Origin: Candidatus Sysuimicrobiota bacterium
Lineage (GTDB): Bacteria > Sysuimicrobiota > Sysuimicrobiia > Sysuimicrobiales > Sysuimicrobiaceae
NCBI GenBank assembly: GCA_040289515.1
Contig: PSLI01000045.1
Coordinates: 1 to 13,960, forward strand
Length of the DNA: 13,960 bases
Direction: 5' to 3'
The notes beneath the pieces are model-generated. The model did no database searches. It worked only from the letters and a program-made list of their open reading frames with translations, and was not told the origin of the DNA. A program made the position numbers and the translations under genes. Positions 1 to 8,825 of this stretch are shown piece by piece; the stretch's first letter is position 1, and every line of letters starts with the position of its first letter.

Positions 1-2
1 CA

Positions 3-461
3 GGGCTGTGCGACCACCCGGAGGACTACCCGTGGACCAGCTACCACGCGTACGCCCTGGGGCGGTGGGACCTGGCGAACCGGGAGGAAGCAGAGTCGCT
101 CTGCCCCGCAGAAGCGGTCGTGGGCCTGCCGCCCGGGCAGAAGGCGTACAAGCCGGCTGGAGGGGGGTCCCGGGCGCAGAGGGTACCTCGCGCAGGGGGA
201 GCTGTGACGCGCAGGCGGCAGCTGAGGGATGCAGCCCCTGGGCCGGACGGACCTTCAGCCGTTACCGGACCTGGCGGCACGCCGGCCTTTCCTGAGCTGC
301 CGCCGGTGCTTGCCCTACCTACGCTGGCAAACGCGTGCAGCACGGGAAGGGACCCCGCACGATCCTGGATGCGTGCTGCGCCAACACCCGCAGCACGCCC
401 TCGCACCCCTGCGGGCCCGGTTCCACGTAGCGGTACCCGCTACCGGTTCCAGGTACCTTAG
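3..461 (+). mobile_element. 3' part of a probable REP-associated tyrosine transposase (RAYT/TnpA-REP, Y1 HUH family); 5'-truncated by the window edge and possibly frameshifted
   Basis: Frame 3 from base 3 reads GLCDHPEDYPWTSYHAYALG, matching the C-terminal RAYT motif (NPVRA)GLxxxPxDYxWSSY. The frame is open to TAG at 459-461. After about nt 150 the translation becomes low-complexity and many third codon positions are A/T, suggesting decay. The HUH and catalytic Tyr motifs would lie upstream of the window. Confidence 0.6.
419..457. repeat. Three tandem 13-bp imperfect palindromes (candidate REP-like units)
   Basis: GGTTCCACGTAGC (419-431), GGTACCCGCTACC (432-444) and GGTTCCAGGTACC (445-457), with an idealised consensus near GGTACCnGGTACC. 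They also contain the hairpin GTAGCGG-TAC-CCGCTAC (427-443). Confidence 0.55.
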
Positions 462-1876
462 GGGAGTGCCCGGCGGTAGGACCCCAGGGCGAGCCATTCT
501 CCCACCCGTCCGTCCCGCTGCCAGGTTAGCTGCGGGGCCGGAACGCCCTGCGGAGTTCCGCGGTCGGTCTTCCACCAGCGGCTTCGGCCGGTCAGGGCAC
601 CGTATGCGTAGTTCACCAGCGCCAGGGGCGTGGACAGCAGGGGGTGGACCGCCAAAACACCGTAGGCCAGGAAGCCTCCCAGGGCCTTGGTGGTGTTCCG
701 CAACTCCACCACGGCCGCAAGTCCGAGGCTGGCCGTCAAGGCACCGAAGGCGGGCGCCACGAGGGGCTCCGGCAGCGCCCGCGGCACCGGTAGCAGATAG
801 TAGGGGAGCAGCGCACCCCGGAGAAACGCCGCCAGCCCGTACGCGTAGCTGGCGAATACCGCCGCGGGGATTAACACGGAGCCCGTAAGAAACAGCAGCA
901 CCTCGCCCTTCTGCAGCACGGGCAGGTGACCCCGCACGATGCTCAACGCGTGCTGCACCAGCACCCGGAGGACCCCCTCGCACCATCGCGCCCGCTGTCG
1001 CACCAGGGCGGGCCAGGTGGGTGCGGCTTCCTCCCACACCACCGCCTCCTCGCAGTACCGCACCCGCCAGCCGGCAGCGTGGAACCGGATCGCCAGGTCG
1101 ATGTCCTCCGTGAGGGCGTCCGGGTTCCACCCCCCCACCGCCTCCAGGGCAAACCGGTTCACTACCATCCCGTTGCCCCCCAGCAGCACGCGCGCCCCCA
1201 GCCAATCCCTGGCCCGCTGCATGGAGGTCTGGTACACGTCGAACTCGTGCTCCTGCCCGCGTGCCAGCACGCTCCCCCGGCCGCCGTACAGCCGTCGCCG
1301 CCCCTGCACCGCAGCCACACCCGGCTCCAGAAGGTGGGGAACCGCCTGCAGGAGGAAGTCGGGCTCCGGGCGTGCGTCCGCGTCGAAGATGGCCAGCAGC
1401 TGGCCTGAAGCCACCTGCGTGCCCACGTTCAACGCCGCCGCTTTCCCCCCAGGGGCACCTTCGGACACCCGCACCACCCGCAGCGGGACCGGAAGCTCCG
1501 CGCGCGCCGCGCGCTGTCCGGTTCCGTCCTGCGACCGGTCGTCCACCACGATCACTTCGAAGGCGGGCCGGCCGTCCGCGTGATGGTAGCGCAGCTGGCC
1601 GATGCAGCGCAGGGTGCTCTGAATCACCGCCGCCTCGTCCCGCGCGGGCACCAGGACCGACACAAACGGTAGGTGGTAAAGTTCGCGCTTGCGCTCGCGG
1701 ACTCTTCGGGCCGCCACTCCCGCGAGCTGGATGGCGGCACCGTAGGCGGCATACACCACGAGCGCCGCCTGCACCGCCACCAGGTCCCGGCTGCGCACCA
1801 CGTAGGCCACCGCCACGACCCACGCCGCCAAGGCCGCCACCAACCCCAGGAGGACCCACGCGCCGTGGCGCTTCAC
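458..1876 (-). CDS. Membrane-bound processive GT2 glycosyltransferase (cellulose synthase-like; resembles the MgdA-type glucosyl-diacylglycerol synthases)
   Basis: Motifs VSVLVPARDE, VVDDRS, GGKAAALN, FDAD (DxD), LTED and QRARW (QxxRW), with N- and C-terminal TM helices and C-terminal WWKT. The GTG start at 1876 overlaps the mtnA stop (GTGA) and follows SD AAGGAGG. 472 aa. Confidence 0.9.
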   Translation of the reverse strand: MKRHGAWVLLGLVAALAAWVVAVAYVVRSRDLVAVQAALVVYAAYGAAIQLAGVAARRVRERKRELYHLPFVSVLVPARDEAAVIQSTLRCIGQLRYHHADGRPAFEVIVVDDRSQDGTGQRAARAELPVPLRVVRVSEGAPGGKAAALNVGTQVASGQLLAIFDADARPEPDFLLQAVPHLLEPGVAAVQGRRRLYGGRGSVLARGQEHEFDVYQTSMQRARDWLGARVLLGGNGMVVNRFALEAVGGWNPDALTEDIDLAIRFHAAGWRVRYCEEAVVWEEAAPTWPALVRQRARWCEGVLRVLVQHALSIVRGHLPVLQKGEVLLFLTGSVLIPAAVFASYAYGLAAFLRGALLPYYLLPVPRALPEPLVAPAFGALTASLGLAAVVELRNTTKALGGFLAYGVLAVHPLLSTPLALVNYAYGALTGRSRWWKTDRGTPQGVPAPQLTWQRDGRVGEWLALGSYRRALP

Positions 1877-2913
1877 ACTCGCGCTCCCTCCTTCAGAGCG
1901 CGCAGGGCGGGGCCGAAGGGAGGACGCACCAGCCCCGCCTCCGTCACCAGCGCGTCCACCAGTTCCGCGGGTGTGACATCGAAGGCGAAGTTCAGGGCTG
2001 GCGCGTTCGGTGCAGCCACCGCCACCCCCGCCAGGTGGGTCACCTCCTCCGGTGCCCGCTCCTCGACCCGAATGGCCTGTCCGCACGGGGTTTGCAAGTC
2101 CACGGTGGAAAGCGGCGCTGCCACCCAGAACGGTACCTCGTGGCGGCGCGCCAGCACCGCGAGGGTGTACGTGCCGATCTTGTTGGCCACGTCCCCGTTG
2201 GCGGCTACGCGGTCCGCGCCCACCAGCACCCGATCCACCAAGCCCCGCGCCATGAGCCACCCCGCGGCGGCGTCCACCACCAGGTGGAAGGGGATGCCCA
2301 GCTGCTGCAACTCCCAGGCAGTCAAGCGCGCTCCCTGCAGCAGGGGGCGTGTCTCGCACGCGTACACGTGCACCCGCTTGCGCATTTCCCAGGCCACCCG
2401 CAGGATGCCGAGGGCGGTGCCCACCCCGAGGGTTGCGAGACTTCCGGTGTTGCAGAGCGTCAGCACCCGCTCCCCGTCCCGCAGCTCCCGAGCCCCCGCC
2501 TCTGCCAGGGCCCGGCAGGCTCGCGCGTCCTCCTCCGCGATGCGGTGGGCCTCCTCCAGCACGCGGGTTGCCGCGGCCACGGGATCTTCTGCCCCCTGCG
2601 CGGCCTGCAGGGCGCGGTCGGTGGCCCAGCGGAGGTTCACCGCGGTGGGCCGCGCGGAGCGGATCACCTCCGCTGCCTGCTCAAGCCGCGTCCAGAAGGT
2701 CTTCGGTTCCTGCTGAAACTGCCGCGCGGCCAGCGCCAGGGCGTAGGCGCCCGCGGCTCCCAGGGCGGGGGCGCCCCGCACGCGCAGCGCCCGGATGGCT
2801 TCCACCACCTCCTGCCAGTCCTCCAGGCGCAGCACCCGGGCGGTGTGTGGAAGGAGGGTCTGGTCCAGGAGGTAAACAACCCCCTGCTCCCAGAACAGGC
2901 TGCGCCACGCCAT
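1873..2913 (-). CDS. mtnA: S-methyl-5-thioribose-1-phosphate isomerase
   Basis: Motifs LLDQTLLP, VRGAPALG, ARPTAVNL, CNTGSLAT, ETRPLLQGARLTAWEL, GADRVAANGDVANKIGTY and FDVTP. SD GGGGAGG lies before the ATG. Confidence 0.95.
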   Translation of the reverse strand: MAWRSLFWEQGVVYLLDQTLLPHTARVLRLEDWQEVVEAIRALRVRGAPALGAAGAYALALAARQFQQEPKTFWTRLEQAAEVIRSARPTAVNLRWATDRALQAAQGAEDPVAAATRVLEEAHRIAEEDARACRALAEAGARELRDGERVLTLCNTGSLATLGVGTALGILRVAWEMRKRVHVYACETRPLLQGARLTAWELQQLGIPFHLVVDAAAGWLMARGLVDRVLVGADRVAANGDVANKIGTYTLAVLARRHEVPFWVAAPLSTVDLQTPCGQAIRVEERAPEEVTHLAGVAVAAPNAPALNFAFDVTPAELVDALVTEAGLVRPPFGPALRALKEGARV

Positions 2914-2919
2914 CCGGTT

Positions 2920-2942
2920 CCTCCCCGGCGGTCCAGGGGAGG
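2920..2942 (-). promoter_or_regulatory. Hairpin sequestering the mtnA Shine-Dalgarno sequence
   Basis: The mRNA reads TGA-cg-CCTCCCC-tggaccgcc-GGGGAGG-aaccgg-ATG. This is a perfect 7-bp anti-SD/SD stem, extendable by 2 bp across a bulge. Confidence 0.5.
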
Positions 2943-2944
2943 CG

Positions 2945-3346
2945 TCAGGAGACCGGGAACGCGGGGGAATCCCCGCCGAAGGTGCGCGAACGCTCGGCGC
3001 TGATCACCACGTGGCTGGGCGTGAACAGGAAGATGTCCTCCGAGACCCGCTGCAGGTGGCCGTCCAGCGCGTAGTCCACCCCGCACAGGAAGTCCACGAT
3101 GCGCTGTGCCACCTCCCGGTCCGCCTCCCGCAGGTTCACCACGATGGGCCGACGGCCCTTCAGGTACTCGGCCGCGGCCCGCGCGTCGTCGAAGGTGCGC
3201 GGCTGGAGGACCACGATCTCCATCTGCCGCGCCGCGTGCAGACGCAGGATGGGCGCCCGGCGGCGCTCCTCCCCTTCCCCCAGAAACTCTTCCTCGGCCT
3301 GTTCTTCGAACCCGAGGAACCCCATCAGGCGCTGGATGGCTCCCAC
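2945..3346 (-). CDS. sepF: Cell division protein SepF
   Basis: N-terminal amphipathic segment MGAIQRLMGFLG and an acidic linker, then the SepF domain (PRTFDDA...LKGRRPIVVNL...RIVDFLCG...IFLFTPSHV). The GTG start at 3346 follows SD GGGGGTGA. Canonical position after yggS. Confidence 0.93.
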   Translation of the reverse strand: MGAIQRLMGFLGFEEQAEEEFLGEGEERRRAPILRLHAARQMEIVVLQPRTFDDARAAAEYLKGRRPIVVNLREADREVAQRIVDFLCGVDYALDGHLQRVSEDIFLFTPSHVVISAERSRTFGGDSPAFPVS

Positions 3347-3350
3347 GGCG

Positions 3351-4145
3351 TCACCCCCGCTGTTGCGTCGTGCCCCCTCCGGTGGGGCCCGGGCCTTGGC
3401 CCGGGTGCTCCTGCTGCGCTGCGTTGGGTCGCTCCCCGAACAGGGCGCGCCCCAGCCGGACCAGGGTCGCGCCCTCCTCAACCGCCACCTCGTAGTCCTC
3501 GGTCATCCCCATGGACAGTTCCGGCAGCTCGAGGCCGCGTTCCAGGCGTATTCTATCACGCAGCTCTCGGAGTTCGCGGAACACCCACCGCACCTCTTTA
3601 GGGTCCCGGCTCTGGGGGGCCACCGTCATCAAGCCCCGGACGTGCAGCCCCGGCAGGTAGGAGGCCAGTTCCACCAGTTGGCCCGCCCGCTCAGGGGTCG
3701 CCCCGTGCTTGGTGGGCTCTCCGGCCACGTTCACCTCCACCAATACCTTCAAGGTGCGGGCGGCGGAGGTGGCGCGGCGGCTGAGCTCGTGCGCCAGCTC
3801 GGGGGAGTCCACGGAGTGCACCCAGTCGAACAGCTGCACAGCCCAGCGGGCCTTGTTCCGTTGCAGGTGCCCCACCAGGTGCCAGCGCACGGAAAAGCCG
3901 CCTGCGAGCGCCTGCACCTGGGGGATCTTCGCCCGCGCCTCCTGCACCCGGTTCTCCCCAAGGTCCCGCAGGCCGGCGCGCACCGCGGCCGCAGCCACCT
4001 CCGCGGGAAACCCCTTCGTGATTCCCGCCACCCGCACCTGCGCGGGGTCGCGGCCCGCACGGGCGCAGGCTGCGCGGATGCGTTCCCACACCCGCTGGAG
4101 GCGCTCGTGGATCTGGTGCTCCAGCTGCGTCGCTACCGCCCCCAC
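3351..4145 (-). CDS. yggS: Pyridoxal phosphate homeostasis protein (YggS/YlmE/PROSC family)
   Basis: Motifs ITK (PLP lysine), LGENRVQE, WHLVGHLQRNK, HSVDS, GLMT and LSMGMTEDY...VRLGRALFG. The GTG start at 4145 follows SD GGAGG and overlaps the pgeF end. Confidence 0.93.
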   Translation of the reverse strand: MGAVATQLEHQIHERLQRVWERIRAACARAGRDPAQVRVAGITKGFPAEVAAAAVRAGLRDLGENRVQEARAKIPQVQALAGGFSVRWHLVGHLQRNKARWAVQLFDWVHSVDSPELAHELSRRATSAARTLKVLVEVNVAGEPTKHGATPERAGQLVELASYLPGLHVRGLMTVAPQSRDPKEVRWVFRELRELRDRIRLERGLELPELSMGMTEDYEVAVEEGATLVRLGRALFGERPNAAQQEHPGQGPGPTGGGTTQQRG

Positions 4146-4888
4146 GGCCCGCCCTCCCGGCTCACCAGGGCCCATAGATGACCCGTCCGGCCCTCCCTCC
4201 GGTACGAGTAGAACCAGCCGGGCTCGCACGCGGTGCAGGCAGCGCACACCGCTAGGTGCTCCGGCCGCACACCCTCCGATCGCAGCTGCGCGGCCCCCAC
4301 CGCCCGCAGGTCCAGCCGCCAGCGGCCGAGCCGACCCTCCCGGAATGCGCGGGGCCAGTCCCGCAACGCGGCACGTACGGGCGCGTCCACCTCGTAACAG
4401 CACGGCCCCACGGAGGGGCCCACCGCACAGCGCAGGTCCTCCGGCCGGCTGCCGCCCTCTTTTAGCATCCGTACCGCGCGGGCCAGGATGCCCCGGGCAA
4501 GCCCGCGCCAGCCCGCGTGGACCGCCCCGACACGACCGCCGCGGGGGTCCGCCAGCAGCACAGCGAGGCAGTCCGCGGAACGCACCCGCAGCACCACCCC
4601 CGCGCGCTGCGTCCACAACCCATCCGCACCGGGCACTCTTCCAGGGAACACCCCGTCCACCTGGGCCACCACGCCCCCGTGCACCTGCTCCGCCTCCACC
4701 ACCGCCTCCGGGCGGAAACCCAGGGCCCGCAGGATGTCCGCGTCGTCTGCCTGGGGGTACCGACGGGTGCTGAAGGCGTGGCGGACACCATCCACCTCCA
4801 GCACTTCCGCCTGCAGCACGGGTACGCCTGCCACCCAGCGTACCCGGAAGCCCGGACCCAGCTCCCGCATCGGATCCCGGGTCGTCAT
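4133..4888 (-). CDS. pgeF: PgeF/YfiH/YlmD family purine nucleoside phosphorylase / peptidoglycan editing factor
   Basis: Motifs HAFSTR, QVHG, ADG, ADC, VHAGWRG, GPSVGPCCYEV and CTAC...FYSYRR. The start is uncertain (TTG 4891, ATG 4888 or ATG 4870) and there is no clear SD. Confidence 0.9.
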   Translation of the reverse strand: MTTRDPMRELGPGFRVRWVAGVPVLQAEVLEVDGVRHAFSTRRYPQADDADILRALGFRPEAVVEAEQVHGGVVAQVDGVFPGRVPGADGLWTQRAGVVLRVRSADCLAVLLADPRGGRVGAVHAGWRGLARGILARAVRMLKEGGSRPEDLRCAVGPSVGPCCYEVDAPVRAALRDWPRAFREGRLGRWRLDLRAVGAAQLRSEGVRPEHLAVCAACTACEPGWFYSYRREGRTGHLWALVSREGGPWGR

Positions 4889-4890
4889 CA

Positions 4891-5006
4891 AGAGGATCGC
4901 GGCAGGCTGCCCGCTCGCCCACGGGTCGGGGTGCCTTTTGCGGCTGTGGCGACGGGAGCCTGCCCCATCCCCACGCTACGCCGGGTGAGGGGAATGAGCA
5001 ACCTCT
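4891..5006. ncRNA. Unidentified highly structured intergenic element (candidate cis-regulatory RNA or miniature insertion)
   Basis: An outer stem AGAGGATCGC (4891-4900) / GCAACCTCT (4998-5006) encloses two arms. One is a long bulged hairpin starting GGCAGGCT (4901-4908) / AGCCTGCC (4957-4964); the other is CATCCCC (4966-4972) / GGGGAATG (4989-4996). I do not recognise the family. Confidence 0.4.
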
Positions 5007-5298
5007 AGGGTTCCCGTCCCCACTTCTCCGCGAAGGCCTCGCGGCTGAGCTTGTAGTAATCCGCGTTCATCTCCTTGTAGTCCTTCCACTGTTCGGGGAC
5101 ATCACCCTCCGGGAAGATGGCCTGCACCGGACAGACGGGCTCGCACGCTCCGCAGTCGATGCACTCGTCGGGGTTGATGTACAGCATCAGCTCCCCCTGG
5201 TCTTCCTCCGCCCGGGGGTGGATGCAGTCCACAGGACACACCTCCACGCAGGCCCGGTCCTTGGTCCCGATGCAGGGTTCCGCGATGACGTAGGTCAT
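5005..5298 (-). CDS. fdxA: 7Fe-type ([3Fe-4S]+[4Fe-4S]) ferredoxin, FdxA family
   Basis: MTYVIAEPCIGTKDRACVEVCPVDCI (C-x7-C-x3-CP) and YINPDECIDCGACEPVCP, with a C-terminal extension (DVPEQW). Strong SD AAAGGAGG. Confidence 0.93.
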   Translation of the reverse strand: MTYVIAEPCIGTKDRACVEVCPVDCIHPRAEEDQGELMLYINPDECIDCGACEPVCPVQAIFPEGDVPEQWKDYKEMNADYYKLSREAFAEKWGREP

Positions 5299-5326
5299 GG
5301 TGCGCCTCCTTTCGTGTGGTTTGGCT

Positions 5327-5770
5327 TCAGCCCGTCCGGCGTTGCAGGCGCTGCTGCTCCCACCGCGCCAGCAGGAACTCCCCGTAGCTCACCAGCGCCT
5401 CCACCACCTCCGGAGGCGCCCCCCGCATGCGCTCGACCACCTGCTGGAGCCGGGCCCAAGGCCCTCTCCCTCCCCGCAGAGCCCGAAAGTACGCCACGTC
5501 CTCCTGGGTCACCAGGTGCGCCACCCTCTTCATGACCGTGACGGGAACCCCGAGGGCGGGGGCCAGCCGCTCGATGTAGCCGGGCCGCCGAAGATCCAAC
5601 AGTCCCCGCTCGCCCCGGGACAGCACGCTGGGAGGGATGCCCGCCTCCGCGGCCAGCTGCCGCAAGCTTTTTCCCTTGCCCCGGCCGTACAGGTTCTGCC
5701 GCAGGGTCCGGATGTAGTTGCCGAACGCCCGCGCCTGCTCGCGGGAGCTTTCTGTTCCCGTTCCCATCAT
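5327..5770 (-). CDS. XRE/Cro-C1 family helix-turn-helix transcriptional regulator
   Basis: FGNYIRTLR...SLRQLAAEAGIPPSVLSRGERG...IERLAPALGVP is an HTH_3 pattern, followed by a short helical C-terminal domain. Start at ATG 5770 or 5767. Confidence 0.85.
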   Translation of the reverse strand: MMGTGTESSREQARAFGNYIRTLRQNLYGRGKGKSLRQLAAEAGIPPSVLSRGERGLLDLRRPGYIERLAPALGVPVTVMKRVAHLVTQEDVAYFRALRGGRGPWARLQQVVERMRGAPPEVVEALVSYGEFLLARWEQQRLQRRTG

Positions 5771-5784
5771 GCAACACCCAGCTC

Positions 5785-5815
5785 ATTTTAGACGGGGTTA
5801 CTGCCCGCCATGCAA
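5785..5815 (-). promoter_or_regulatory. Putative sigma70 promoter of the XRE-fdx unit
   Basis: On the minus strand, TTGCAT (5815-5810) and TAAAAT (5790-5785). The 19-bp spacer is longer than optimal, so the -35 assignment is weak. Confidence 0.35.
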
Positions 5816-5823
5816 GCGATCTG

Positions 5824-5841
5824 TGTTCCCCATCGGGAACA
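5824..5841. promoter_or_regulatory. Palindromic operator candidate TGTTCCC-N4-GGGAACA
   Basis: Perfect 7-4-7 inverted repeat in the divergent intergenic region. A degenerate copy, CGTTCCC-ATCA-TGCAACA, spans the XRE start codon (5759-5776). Confidence 0.55.
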
Positions 5842-5855
5842 TGGCAGGGACTCTA

Positions 5856-8774
<2,919 letters not shown>

Positions 8775-8825
8775 TTCGTCCTATTCCAGTTGGTGAGGCG
8801 ACTTGTTGTCAAGGGGGTGAAGGTC

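Noticed and set aside
419..457. CRISPR array
   Set aside because: The units are 13 bp with no spacers, and no cas genes are in the window.
1877..2359. N-terminal extensions in the ORF track for GT2 (to 2359), YggS (to 4922), SepF (to 3481) and the oxidoreductase (from 5718)
   Set aside because: They overlap neighbouring real genes, mostly with low-complexity translations. More plausible internal starts exist, most with a clear SD.
2430..2470. MtnA has TLCN rather than THCN
   Set aside because: The residue before the catalytic Cys varies among genuine MtnA enzymes. The Cys and the GAD Asp are intact.
4891..5007. Lysine riboswitch, SRP RNA or tRNA identity for the structured spacer (it begins TAGAGGTTGC on the minus strand)
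   Set aside because: It is too short for a lysine riboswitch, lacks its other conserved segments and is in the wrong gene context. It has no SRP domain IV motif and no tRNA T-loop or cloverleaf.
5824..5841. LexA SOS box or intrinsic terminator
   Set aside because: Orientation and spacing differ from GAAC-N4-GTTC and the other LexA boxes I know. There is no U-tract, and it lies between divergent genes.
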